64,000 nt of DNA. Source: Podospora anserina (taxonomy: Eukaryota). The position numbers were made by a program, and so were the translations under genes. A model generated the notes under the pieces. It did not search any database. It had not been told where the DNA came from and saw only the letters and a program-made list of their open reading frames with translations. Shown here piece by piece: positions 1 through 11,902 of the stretch (position 1 is its first letter; the number at the start of each line of letters is the position of its first letter). Location of the stretch: NCBI GenBank assembly GCA_017654855.1, contig CM030333.1:1550001-1614000 (forward strand), given 5' to 3'.

Positions 1-2677
1 GCAGCCGAGATCCCCCCATCCGGGTGCTGCGCCTGCGGTGGTCGATTTGTTGCTGCTAGACCGCCCGGTAATGGAGTCGCATTCGGGTGACTCCCAGGCG
101 TGTGGCTACCATGCGTCGTCGTCCACGACTCAAGCTCGGCATGGTCAGCCCCGCCCGTTCGCCTCGAGACCGTGAGGTTCTCCTTGATGGCTCTCAGCAG
201 CGGCTCAACCTCTTGAGATTTGGGGTCCGAGCGTTGATATGATCGTAGGGCGTGCTCCAATGGTTTGGCGACAATGTTGAGGACTGATTGAAACATCGCC
301 GACGCCTCGTTGGAGATGGAATTCGGCCGGATGAGCAGCTGGAGAATCTTGATGATGGACCTCTGCCCTTCTGGGCCCTCCGCCCAGAGCTGGTTGGACA
401 GATATAAAATGGCTGGAACCAGCGAGGGCAACAAAAAGACCTCGACCAAATCTGCCGCAGTCAGTATCATCCATATTCCGGACCAAAAATGAAACTCACA
501 TTCAAGCCCACTCTTGAGCGTCTCCTCATTCAAGAACCCCGCGCTCAAGGCCGCCGAAATCTGCCCGAAAAGCACCGGCATGAGCAAGTAGAAATCCTGC
601 GGAGGACACGAAGCCATCAACTCATCCCCCAACCCCCCCTCCGCAAACAGCCCCTGTATCCACCCATTAAGGTGCAAATGCTCCTGCGGACTGAGATCCG
701 AAAGCAGCCTCACAGCATGCCCTCCCCCAATCAGCTTCCCAACAAACGAATCCGGCGACCTCACCCCCAAGTCCGCCGGCGAGATGTTGTACCGATACAC
801 AAACGCCATCAGCAGCAGCAACACCGACCCAAACTCCTCGTACACCGGCTGGTACTCCCCCTGCTCCTCATCATACCCCCCCCAATGATCAATCAGCTCC
901 CGCAGCGGGTGCAAAATCTTTTGCGCCGGACTGAAGAGCAGCAGAATATCCAACGACAGCGGCTTGCTCGCCAACTGGCCGCACAACTGCTTCAAAGCCA
1001 TCGTCTCCGTGTTTCTACAGAGACTGCCAATCACCTCCACCACCGCCTGCGCAGCCGCCCCCACGTTCCCATTCATGTTATCCAACTCCCCAATCAGCTT
1101 TTGCGTCCTGTCCGAGTCCTGCAGGCACGACTGGACCAGAATATCCTTGACATAACGCCCTTCGTCCGGCAGCGTCTGGTAGGTAATGTCTCCCAAAAGG
1201 TTCTCTATAGCCGCCTGGGACAACAACCCGTGAAGCTGGCAGGCAAAGCAAAAGTCTTGTCGTACCGAGTCCTGAAACGACGACCCGGTGTTGGAGGACA
1301 TGTCAAACATGCCCGAAAAGGTCGGGAAGATGTTTGTATCCACCTGACCTAACGCCTCGGTGATGCAAATTTCGGGATTGAACGTGTATAATGGCGAGGA
1401 TTGCGCAAGAGAAACCAAAACTAGTGGCACCTTGTTGACCACAAAAGACTTGAGCAAATGCCCGGCTTTGGCCCCCTCGTTGCGAAAGACGGCGTTCGCC
1501 AAGACGTCAAATGATGCCAAGATCAACTGGACGGCTGCTTGCTGAACATCACCCCTATATCTGTTGTGTAGATATGTGAAGAGCGCCGCATCATCAATCA
1601 TGGGGCGCCCAACGAGCTGTCACTTGTTAGCGCACAAACCATCAGATACCGGACCAACACGTACTGCAGCGCTCAGATAGATATATAACCCAGCTCGGGT
1701 GTTGGCGATGGGAACTTCGGGGACCTGAAAGCTTTCCAAGCCCATCACGTTGTCCATGTAGCTGTTCATGTCTGAAACGGCCGGGTCCTTCTTTTCGGTC
1801 GAATCGTGCGTCGCGAGACTCTGTGCTCGGAACATGTCGAGTTGGCTGGCAATCGAGGGATTGACCTGCATGATCGAGGGCAGAAAAGCCTCCAAACTTT
1901 GCGAAAGCTGTTTCCTGATGCCTATTGCATCAGTAGTTAGCATGGGGACATTCGGCGCCACCAAAAGGGGGGAACTGGCGTACCTTTGGCTGCTGGAATC
2001 TGAAACGTCTTTGGTACCGTTGGGTGCGCGCTGAAGGCATTCAAAAACATGATGAATGATTCGCGCGACCTCTCCATCCCCAGCTTACTGGCATTCAAAC
2101 TGTGCATGCTCCCAAAAGCATCCTGCGAAAAGATGGTCGCAGCCTCGGTGAACAAGGCCATCCACCTCACCAGCATCCTGGATGTCTCGACGACATCCCT
2201 GCCGCTCTTGATCCCAATTCCTTGGTTGACTGTTTGCGCCAGGCGCCAAAAGAGAATGGCCTCGGAGGAGTATGACGATGTCCATCGTTGCAGCTTCTTT
2301 CGCCGCGGCGCGCTCGCATCTCGTTCCTTGGACGGTTGGTCTTCTGGTTGTGGGTGTATCTTGGTGTGTATGGTTGAGTAGTTGTAGAGGGCTTTGAGGA
2401 CGGAAGCGGTGTCAACGCGCCTCTGCTTGATAAGGTGCGTGAGGTAGAGAGGCGCTCGCGGGTCGAGGGCGACATTGTTGTCGGCGGTGGGCCGGAGGAG
2501 GAGCTCGGCGATGAGGCCGGGCGGTAGGGGGTGCTTGACGAGGAGGATCTTGGAGAAGACGGCGAACTGGTCGGGATCGAGACGTTGGAGTCTGGCGCGG
2601 GTGATGAGCTGTTCCCATCGGGCCACGGCTGCAGGCAAGCCTGTCAAGCTCGAGCCTGCTGTCGCGGGGCCTTCCAT
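1..2677 (-). CDS. MED5: Mediator tail subunit Med5 (Nut1); 3' end runs off the window. Exons ~2677-1984, 1921-1665, 1616-500, 451-<1
   Basis: Spliced translation MEGPATAG...LDPRAPLYL...NTRAGLYIYLSAA|LVGRPMIDDAALFTYLHNRY...LILASFDVLANAVFRNEG matches fungal Med5 as recalled. GT..CTAAC/CTGAC..AG introns at 1983-1922, 1664-1617 and 499-452. Confidence 0.9.
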
Positions 2678-3420
2678 TTGGCTGGTGGCCGGGGTGACAT
2701 AGAGATGGTGTCTAACTATGGCATGTATCGTGGCTATCGCATGCTGTAGCAGGTCGCAGAGAGTAGTCACCTGTACTGGGCCATTGGTTCTTTGTGTGTG
2801 ATGGGTTCTTTTGTTGGAGCCGAAGTTCCATTAAGAGTGAGAGTTGCGGCGCGCGCATTGAGCAGCAGCCCAGCAGGCCATTGGATTGGGGAAGTGGGGC
2901 TCTTCGGGGGAAGAACAGGGGCCCTGGAGATCCAGACCCACCCAAGCTTCGGCCCGCAGCAGTTGGTGTCCGGGTGGTCTGTGCACCTACCAAGCATTTA
3001 ACTTCAACCTCTGATTTCCACCTTCTGTATTTCCATCTCGTGTCACGATGCTTTGAGTGATGATATCCATGTTTATCGCGGCCATTGCTAACCAGAAGGC
3101 ATTGCCATAGCTATCGCACCTGGTTGATGAACCGAGCCCTCACACCCTGAAGAGGCCAGTCTTACCTCGTACCATACATAGTGCTCCTGGTTTGTTCTGA
3201 TCCAAATCAAGACCAGCCCAGTGGTTAATGTCCCTTGCCTGTTTCTTTTAGCCCTGTGTAGCACCTTATGTAGCAGAGAAAATCAGCCACGGCACGGCCC
3301 CTTGTGCGATCCACTCCTATCTTAGCGGTGATTGCTTTTGACCGACCAACTCTATCCCGTCTCATTTATTTTCTCCCTAACAACCTCCTCTCACCCCAAA
3401 CACCGCTCACCAGCCCCATC

Positions 3421-5157
3421 ATGGATCCCTATTCAATGCAGCCATCCGCCAAACGGCAGCGTGCCAACACAGTTGATGACGATGCTGGGTCAGACGCCAA
3501 TCAGCACGCTGTTAGTATTTCCCCACCTACGCATTTCACCTCACCTCATCATTCATTCACCCACTAACAGTCGACCAAGAACCCTCAATACTACCAAACA
3601 TATCAATATTCTCAAGCACCGGCCTACTCACAGGCACCTCAGTATGCCCAAGCTCAGCCTCAACAGGCTCAAACCCAGTACTACCAGTCTTCCCAACATG
3701 GCCAGAACCCACAGTACCGTCAAACCTCACAAGACTTGACAGGGTCTGGGTACCCTCAGGCGTCCCAGTACCAGGCTGCACAGTACGCCCAGGCTGCACA
3801 GCATTCCCAGTACCCTCAGTACATGCACGCTTCACAGGCCTCGCAGACTTCTATCTACGCCGCTCAGTATAGTCAACAGGTTCATCAGGCTCAGCAAGCC
3901 CAGCAGGCCCATCAGGCCCATCAGGCCCATCAGGCTCAGCAGGCACAACAAGCTCAACAGGTGCAACAGGCACAGCAGGCACAGCAGGCACAGCAGGCTC
4001 AGTATGTTCAACAGCTTCGGCAAGCTCATCATGCTCAACAGGTTCACCAAGCTCAACAAGCCCAGCAACAGGCTCAACAAGCCCAGCAAGCTCAGCAACA
4101 GGCTCAACAGGCGCAACAGGTCCGACAGGCGCAACAGGCCCAGCAGGCCCAGCAAGTTCAACAGGCCCAGCAGGCCCAGCAAGTTCAACAGGCCCAACAG
4201 GCCCAGCAGGCCCAGCGGGCTCAACAAGCTCAGCAGGCTCAACAGGCATCCCAATCTCCGCACACTTCACAGGCTGCTCATAATTCACGAGCGTCTGGAG
4301 CTCCGACGGAATCGCGGACGCCCCTGACCCTCCAGGCCCTCCTTCAAGAAAGGGCCTCTCGCACCCCTCAAGAAGATTCCCGGGGTCCCGGCAGTCATCT
4401 AACTCTGGACGACGTCAGCCCCATGTTGCCTAGGTCCACCGAGGCCGAGCTCAGCAAAATAATCACCAGTCTTGACCTTGTTGCGGCCCAAAAGTTTCTT
4501 GCTGTTGCGGCCCAAATGCATCCGGATATTGGTTACATGATTGCCGAGTATGGCAAGACGAGTGACCAACCAGTACCGCCGGCCCCAACCAAAGAACCAG
4601 TCAAGCCTTCAGTGGAAACCGTAGTCTATGAGCAGGATTATGATGTAAACGACGAGTACGACGACGAACCCGATGACGAAGACGACAACCAGCGCAACGC
4701 CCAGGGCACCTCCCTGAACTTTGATCATCTGGCTGAAGAAGCCCACTACATCCTCAACGTCAAGTACGACCGTTTGAACGCACGCCAGCAATATGATCAG
4801 TCAGGCGACGCGGCTGAAAGCCTAGAACGATGTGTTGTCAAGATCCTCAAGCAGGTCAAGAAGAATCCCGACTATGGCACCAAGCTCAGTGGGGTGACAA
4901 ACCTCTGGAAGATAATCTGGTATCTTCTTACTTCGCCAGGCGCGTTGGCTCATGAGATTAAGAAGGACAGCCAGGACTGGGATCAGCAATTCGTGAAGCT
5001 TCACAAGTTTATGAGCAAAGACGACATTGAGAGGCTCAAGGTCCAGGACGTGGACGGGAAGAGGTGGCCTGAGAAGGCGAAGGAGTTGGCGGACGAGGCG
5101 GATGCTTATGGTCTCTTTGAGGAAATAAGGGAGGTGTTGGATCTGCTGCAGAAGTGA
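3421..5157 (+). CDS. Array paralog A: Q/Y-rich and (QQA)n N-terminus plus the family helical domain (~558 aa); intron 3511-3570
   Basis: Exon 1 [14 protein letters not shown]..., GTTAGT...CTAACAG intron, exon 2 in frame with ORF 3736-5157. Motifs [12 protein letters not shown] and [17 protein letters not shown]. Confidence 0.8.
3880..4250 (+). repeat. Coding 9-bp-period repeat (CAGCAGGCN variants) encoding (QQA/HQA/QQV)n
   Basis: Directly visible tandem cagcaggcc/caacaggct/catcaggcc units. Confidence 0.9.
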
Positions 5158-5576
5158 GCGGGCAAGGTGCAATGGGGTAAGCTGTTCACATATACAGACG
5201 CGGTAGGTAATATTGGTTGTGCTGGGGTTTCCATCTCTGAGGTGCTTGCCACTGTAACCGTTTTTCTTGGGTAGGTAGGTAGGTAGGTTGCTCGCCGGTG
5301 GTTGCTCTTCTGATCTGCCACCTTTTCAGCTTGTAGCGCCTGGCTTGAGATGGTCTTGTCCAGCGGTCAACCGATTTCCACTTTAACGTGTCAATCTAAC
5401 GCGAAACATGATCAACCGGTCCCGCCCTTGCCCGGCCAACGAAGCTCGGGGCAATTGTAGGACCCCTGCTCACCTATTTATGTGTACTTCAACATCCACA
5501 TCAATCAACCAATATCTCCTCCCTCACCTTTTGTCTTTTTGTTGTGCCTTTGATCTGATATACCCTCACCAAAACA

Positions 5577-6475
5577 ATGGAGTCTATTGTTCCCCCAGCA
5601 AAGCGGCAGCGCGTCGACTCATTCTGGCGATCACGCCGCCGCGCCGCCCGCCTCCCGCCTCCCGGTCCCTGCCCAAACACGAGAGGTCTGAACTCCTCGA
5701 AATGATAGCCACGTTTTCATACAAGCTCGGATCTTCGATCCTCGTGGAGGCTGCCACTGCTTATCCGGACGTTCCGAGCGCATCGCCACATATCACGAGG
5801 ACCTGGACCCGTGGGAAAAGCATGTGGCCAGTGAGGATGAGGATGAAGAATAAGAAGCGGAGGAAGAAGAGGAAGAAGTGGAGGAAGATGAGGAAGAAGA
5901 TGATGAAAAAGAAGAACAAGACCCCTCAAGAGACACCTTTCCCCATCTCCCTCGACTGCTACGCCAGGGAGGCGCACTCCCTCCTCCACGACAACCCCCA
6001 CCGCTCTAGACTAGTCGATGATTGGTACTGCGACATGGTACCCGAAGACGCCAAAGAGGAACTTTTGCGGGTGGTGGATGAGATGATGGATCAGGTGTAA
6101 TATGACTCTGCTTACAAGACTAAGCTTAGCGCGCTGAAGAATTTGAGGGTTAGTATCCTTGATGTGCTTACGTCGTCAGACGACGGTAACAAAGGGGAGG
6201 AGATTTTGAGGTTGCTGGGACAGCATACGGGGTGGGAGGGGGTGTTTGTCAGGGTCTGTCAGGAGATGACAGAGGAGGAGGTGGTGCGGTTGAGGGGGGA
6301 GGTGGTGGTGGAGGCGGGGAGGTGGGAGGATAAGGTCAGGGAGTTGGTTAAGGAGGCGAGGAGGCGGTATGGGGCGTTTGGGAAGTTGAGCGAGGTGTTT
6401 AGGTTTCTGGAGGGGGGTGATGGGCGGGCGCAATCACAATCGCAATCGCAATCGCAATCGCAATCGCAATCGTAA
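5577..6475 (+). pseudogene. Array paralog B, closest to A; frameshifts and in-frame stops
   Basis: MESIVPPAKRQR start (compare A: AKRQR). ILVEAATAYPDV, acidic linker with TAA at 5851, SLDCYAREAHSLL ([14 protein letters not shown]), TAA 6098-6100 followed by YDSAYKTKLSALKNL, and RWEDKVRELVKEA ([14 protein letters not shown]). Confidence 0.75.
6431..6472 (+). repeat. (CAATCG)n hexamer microsatellite encoding a (QS)n tail
   Basis: caatcacaatcgcaatcg... about 7 units. Confidence 0.9.
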
Positions 6476-6790
6476 CCGCAGACGTAACCGTGGGCGCGTG
6501 CATGGGCGTGGGCGGTGTTTTTGGTAATTATCTGGTTGTGGTTGCTGGATAGCGTGGTCGAGAGTCTGGGAGGGCTTGCGCTTCTTGAGGACTCGTGGCG
6601 GTTCCGGTGAGGATATTGAGTTTATAGGTGGAGCACTGCTAAGGGGCTTGTGATATGGTGGTTAGTTAAATTTCCCACACAATTTCTTTCTTACCATTTT
6701 TCGTTTTTTTTTCTTTCTTTTCCAAATTCATCTCCATCAGAATACTTGTTCCCCAAACCGATCCAAGCCTGTTCGTCTCCATGTCTTTGC

Positions 6791-8010
6791 ATGACCACTT
6801 CGGCTCCGAGCGTGAGGCTGGATCTTGTCAAGAAGCTGGGCCGAGAGGTCAGGCCAGAACAAACCGAGATGTCTGCGGCACTTGGAGATAAGAAGGCCAA
6901 ACAGCTCGTAAGTAGTCGACCACTCTGTGCTCCATTTTCGACGTTGCGGTCCGGGTAGGTCATTTTTTGTTCTTACGTTTACGTCAGGATTTGTCTTCTC
7001 GATCCCTAAGCCCATCAGAGTCCGAGATCCAACCGTCGGGACCCCGGACTATTACACAGGCACACGAGGAGGAGACACTCGATGAGGAGGCACTCGACAA
7101 GTGGGATACACTCCAGGAGGAGGCAGACGCCATCTTTGAGATGCTATACTCTCTCAAGACAGTCGATGACGTCCAGCCCTATACTCTCGACGCGGCACTC
7201 GATCAAATTACCAGATTTTACACAAGCATTGTGAAGGCAGTCCAGCCGGCCTCCTCTTACCGCGAAAAACACCGCGCTGCCGTCCTGCTCATACAAGTCT
7301 TGTCCTGGATCGTGACATCCAATAAATTGATAGGACAAGATCTTCGGGAATATGTCCTCGGTCAAAGCGCGGAGGAAGAATACCGGCAATGGGTCGACCC
7401 GATGAGTGACGTACTCAGCTGCTGCACGTGGGCGGAACGCCGTCGTATATTCAAGAGCCGCCGTTGGCAGTGGGAGTTTGACTTGTTTGTGGGCCTGGTG
7501 ATGAACTGTGAACTATTTGGCGAGATTTTCGGTTTGCTTGAGGTGGCGGAGCATAGGGAAGAGATGTTCGTCTCCCCCCGCCAGAGCGATCCAGCGCCGG
7601 CCCAGCAGTCTGACACGGAGGACGGCACAGTCGAGGACGGCATGGTCGACGACGCTATCGCTGTGTTTGAGGATGGGGAAGATGAGGAGGAGATTGTTCC
7701 GCTTGCTGGTTCACCAGCCCGGTCCCGGTCGCAGGTGCAAATGGACGTGGCACAGCCACGTGAAGAGGTGGCGGCCCAGGCTGGCAGGGAAGCAGCCGTT
7801 CAGCCTGCCGCGGGAGAAGCAGAACCCAGGAACGGTCAAGGAGAACCGCGGCCTGCTTGGAAGGCAACTGGAAAGAGGAGTCATGAAGGGGTGGACGCAG
7901 GGCAGGGACCGAGAAAGCGACAGGCCCGTTCTCCTGGACGGGTCTCGGTTCACTTGCACTTTCACGGGACCGTCCAGAATGTGTACCTGGGCAGCGACTC
8001 GAGATCATAA
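6791..8010 (+). CDS. Array paralog C; exon 1 6791-6907, intron 6908-6987
   Basis: GTAAGT donor in phase 0 joins ORF 6967-8010 in frame. Motif SSYREKHRAAVLLIQVLSWIVTS aligns with family motif 2; later W..M..VL segment; low-complexity C-terminal tail. Confidence 0.65.
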
Positions 8011-8439
8011 GGTAGGTAGGAGGCTGTGGGTCTTGTTTAGCGCGTTGCTCTTCACTTTATTGTATCTATCTGTGCTGTGACTTTTCGGTGGGCGGATCTT
8101 ACATGGGTACTCGGAGAGTCTCGGGGAACTTCTGTGAGGGATGTTCTGGCGAGAGGCTCGTCCGGAGGCCCCGGTGGTAGCTCATAGGTATCTAGGAACG
8201 GAAAGTACGCGCGTGAAACCCCCCATGGAGGGTCTTTGGCGGGGAGATAACGATAGGCATGAATTGTCATAAGAGGTCAACTGAAGATGGGGAGCTCCCA
8301 AGGGAGCATGCCAGCTCACAACAGTCTACCGCACCTGCCTCGTCACCACCAACCTCCAAGTCGCATTTCATGTCGCAGGTAAAAGTCGCAAACCAACCTC
8401 TGTCAGACCATCCCGACGAGCGAGACCTCTCCTGTCACC

Positions 8440-9021
8440 GTGACGACCCTCGACTCCGCCGAGCTCAAGGACATGATTTCCGCCCTCCCCGATTCTCTCC
8501 TTCCCACCCTTCTGTTGACTGCTGCCGGGGCCCATCCCGACATCGCTAGTCTGATTCAGGCCCACCCAAACTTCGAGATCCTATTCAATGGGATAGAGAC
8601 CTTTCGCAGGATGTTCAAGAGCACGTTGTACCGAAAGGGCCAAAACGAAGAAGCGGTGTATCATGTTCAAGCGGTTGAGAGGGGGTTGTGGTGGAAGAAA
8701 ATGATACGCATGCTGGAATTCTTTGATGACGAGGGACTCGAGCGGCTCTATGGTAAGAAGAAAACCCATCCGGACTGGATCGCCATTACGTGGAAGGATG
8801 ATATAAAATATATTTGGAGGGATTGGAATTGCGACTACTATGATGAGGATATTGAGAAAGGCTTGATTGAGAATCTCGTGACGGACCTCGCTAGGATTGA
8901 AGGGAGAAGCAAGACAGAGACGCGGAAGGAGCAGAAGGAATGGAAAGACTGGGAGTATTGGGAACCCTTGAAGTGGTGGGAAGAGTGGGAAGAGGATGGG
9001 GTGCATGAGTGGGAAGGATGA
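8440..9021 (+). CDS. Array paralog D; appears internally deleted, true start uncertain, W/E-rich C-terminus
   Basis: AELKDMISALPDSLLPTLLLTAAGAHPDIASLI (motif 1). WWKKMIRMLEFFDDEGLERL resembles [21 protein letters not shown]. Motif 2 is absent. Confidence 0.55.
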   Translation: MTTLDSAELKDMISALPDSLLPTLLLTAAGAHPDIASLIQAHPNFEILFNGIETFRRMFKSTLYRKGQNEEAVYHVQAVERGLWWKKMIRMLEFFDDEGLERLYGKKKTHPDWIAITWKDDIKYIWRDWNCDYYDEDIEKGLIENLVTDLARIEGRSKTETRKEQKEWKDWEYWEPLKWWEEWEEDGVHEWEG

Positions 9022-9990
9022 ATGGCAATGCCAGGTTTATGCAAGGCGTGGGCAAACCCGATGCCCAACGGAATGGGCCTGAGAGCATGCCCTCAGGCTG
9101 TAAATCTCGAGTGAGCTTATCCTACCGTCTCCGTCTTCTCTTCCAAGTTGTACAGAGGGATTTATAACATTTACGCCTATATATGGAGACTATCATGTGA
9201 AACGAAGGCTTCAAAAGATGAGAGGTACGCCCCCGACCGTCTTAACAGCCCTCTCGACTATCATTGAAGCCGTTTAAGGCCCATCAACCATCTTTGAAGG
9301 TCCTATTCATAGTAGCGGTGTCTCTCGTTGCTTTTACGACGTGCCTCCTCATCCAAGCCGCCGGAACCCGCTCCAACATTTTCCCCTTCCTCGACAAACC
9401 CAACCAAGACGCCCGTCCTGTCTAGACAGTCTAACCTTGAAACGGGCAAATATTTATCACTTGTTAAACTGCACACAAATATTTTTGTTTCTAAAAGTCA
9501 AGATGGGTTGTCCTTCCCCAACCACATTGCTCCACCACCCACCGATATCCAGGTTGTGAATAGGATGTATTGTCACTTTAGTTTTTGGCCATGCCTCCTG
9601 GGATTTATCATGCCAGAGAATGTACCTGACTCACATCGCAAGATTTGGGGAGGACACTGGCCCTTTCTCCGTTGATGATCCGTTTCTTCGAACGGGAGAT
9701 AATCATCAAATGGCAGGCAGGAACGATGTCTGCAGGCAGATGACCTCATGGCCCACTTTGTTTGTTTGCTCTTGCCTTTATTCATAGGATCTCGCTGGCA
9801 GCCTGACACCCCGCGATGCTTTTGAGTCCGTTTGCTCGGTGGGCAGGAACGACTCAAAGAGGCCTCGCTCATTGTCTGCCTTTCTATCTTCCTCTCCGAC
9901 TCTCTTCTCCACACCCCCGTTGCTGTCTCGATCTTCTCTCCCTCAACACCAGGCCCGACCGCATCCGGCATTGAGAACTCTACCGCAAAG

Positions 9991-10756
9991 ATGCCCTCGT
10001 CCAAGGCTGCCAAAAAGAAGCAGCGCCTCAAGAAGGCAGCCGCTGAGAGAAACGCGGGCGTAAGTCGTGTTTGTTACTCATTGAACCTGAGTGACACTGA
10101 TACTGACCCTTTGGTAGAGTTCCGAGATGACCCAAGAGGACATCACTCCCCTGGTCTCCGGCCTGGAGCCCAAGTCCTATGAGCAAGTCATCGTCGATGC
10201 TGCTCGTAAATTTGACGATGTTGCCGATATGGTCGTCGAGCAGCACCAATCACTTGTCAAAATTCGGGCCCATGAGCAAACACTTGTTGCCGACTTTGCC
10301 CGAATGACCAAGACAATTGAGAGATCCCTGGGTGCAAAATATCACGAGCTTCTTGCCCCCACCACAGCCGAAGATCGTCCCACACGGGTCCGAAAGTACG
10401 ACAAGAAGCTGGCCAACGACATCGATGCCGCTCTGAACTACATGACCGCTGAGATCACGCCCTACTCGCTCTATGCCACCAAATTTGCGGCCTTGGACGG
10501 CATGCGGGCTGTGTTGGAGAGCATTCTCCGCTGCCCCAAGCCTCTTCTGAGCGCTCTATCCCGACAGCCATCGTTCAAGAGTTGGGACATCAAATTGATG
10601 GTGGTGTTGAAGCATCTGAACTGCGATGACATATGCAAGCTCAAGTGTGCCAAATTCAGATGCGGCGAGCAGGAGACACCTACTCAGTGGATGAAAGACA
10701 TGAAGCGCCTGTGTCTCCTCCACGAGATTACGGACAAAAAGGTCTTCAGTCATTAG
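9991..10756 (+). CDS. Array paralog E; exon 1 9991-10059, intron 10060-10117; TAG may be premature
   Basis: Basic exon 1 MPSSKAAKKKQRLKK and phase-0 GTAAGT..CTGAC..TAG intron. VIVDAARKFDDV (motif 1), SLYATKFAALDGMRAVLESIL (motif 2), SWDIKLMVVLKHLNCDDI. Confidence 0.7.
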
Positions 10757-10912
10757 ATCGACCATGCCTTTCAGTTCAAGTATGAGAGGGTGCAAGCAAC
10801 CACGATCCCGCAGGCTGTGAACACGAGGTGACCATCCGACAGAAGAGTCCGGTGAGTCCTGTTTGCCCATCTCTGCCTGGTTTTCCAGAAGATAGCATTC
10901 CTTGGCTAACAT

Positions 10913-11902
10913 TTGTTGGAGCCTGTGCCCTCCCCGGCTGAGGCTTCATCCTCGCAGAGCCCTTCACTCGAGCCCGACCTGGCTGGGCCTTCCGAGAGCG
11001 TCTCCTTGTCCGAGCCGGTCAAGACAGAGCCCCCCAAGGCAAAGTTGACCAAGGGTGAGCTCAAAAACATGGTCTCTCCCCTTTTCCCCTCTATTCTCGA
11101 GCAGATCATGACCTCCACAGCTCTCGCCCATGCCTCAGTCATCCCTGCGCTCAGGGCCGTCCGGAAGATCAAGGCTGCGGCCGAATCATCGATGGCCCAA
11201 GACTGGGCTCGAGTTGCCGGGGTTGTACACAGCGGCCTCAACGATCGCTATCGTATCCGCAAGACCTACCGCCACGGGTTTAGTGTTCACGCCTATGTCA
11301 ACGAGTCGGCCGAAGTCACGGACGAGGCACTCATCAAGTTCTATATGGAGCTCAAGAACCTTTACAAGCCCCTTCTCGCCACCAAGATAGCCGCTTTGGA
11401 GAGTTGTCGCAAGGTTCTGCAAGATCTCCTATGCTGCCCCGATGAACTGAGAGATGCCATTTACTTCCATGTCGGTTCCGATCAAACCAATACTTGGGCC
11501 TTCAACATGGTGAAGATTCTGGACTGGTTTGAAGGCGGGGAGATTTACAAGCTGGTCAAGGACGAAACGGATGAGCCGAATGAGTTTTGGACGAAGCGCA
11601 GCGTGCCAGCTCTGATGGAGCTTGTGAAGGACAAAGCGCCAGTCGGCCACCCCGACAGAAGGGAGTTCTTTCGTGGTGGTCTCCGGGAGGTCTGGCTGCG
11701 CGTGTATGCCGCAGTCATCAAGTATGGAGACCCCCTCAAGACGCTCATGTTTGAGGGCCTATGTGTCTGCTGTTATTGCGACGACCTTGATGAGGAAGAT
11801 TACTGCTCTTGTGGGAACGGCGAGGGCTTTGACGATGAGGAGGATGAAAGCTTCCATGAAGCGATGTTGGCCTTGTTGTCTCCGAATCCTTTTCTGCTCT
11901 GA
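10913..11902 (+). CDS. Array paralog F; 5' exon/start unclear (GTGAGT donor at 10852, CTAAC at ~10906)
   Basis: GELKNMVSPLFPSILEQIMTSTALAHASV (motif 1), LLATKIAALESCRKVLQDLL (motif 2), TWAFNMVKILDWF, then a Cys-rich acidic tail. Confidence 0.65.
   Translation: MLEPVPSPAEASSSQSPSLEPDLAGPSESVSLSEPVKTEPPKAKLTKGELKNMVSPLFPSILEQIMTSTALAHASVIPALRAVRKIKAAAESSMAQDWARVAGVVHSGLNDRYRIRKTYRHGFSVHAYVNESAEVTDEALIKFYMELKNLYKPLLATKIAALESCRKVLQDLLCCPDELRDAIYFHVGSDQTNTWAFNMVKILDWFEGGEIYKLVKDETDEPNEFWTKRSVPALMELVKDKAPVGHPDRREFFRGGLREVWLRVYAAVIKYGDPLKTLMFEGLCVCCYCDDLDEEDYCSCGNGEGFDDEEDESFHEAMLALLSPNPFLL

Noticed and set aside
489..1352. 287-aa + strand ORF
   Set aside because: Antisense shadow of a MED5 exon.
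3832..4327. Leu-rich, PAG-rich and NRP-rich ORFs in other frames
   Set aside because: Alternative-frame readings of the QQA repeat.
9180..9680. Possible additional array relic (LSTIIEAV*, NLETGKYLSLVKL)
   Set aside because: Similarity to the family motifs is too weak to call by eye.
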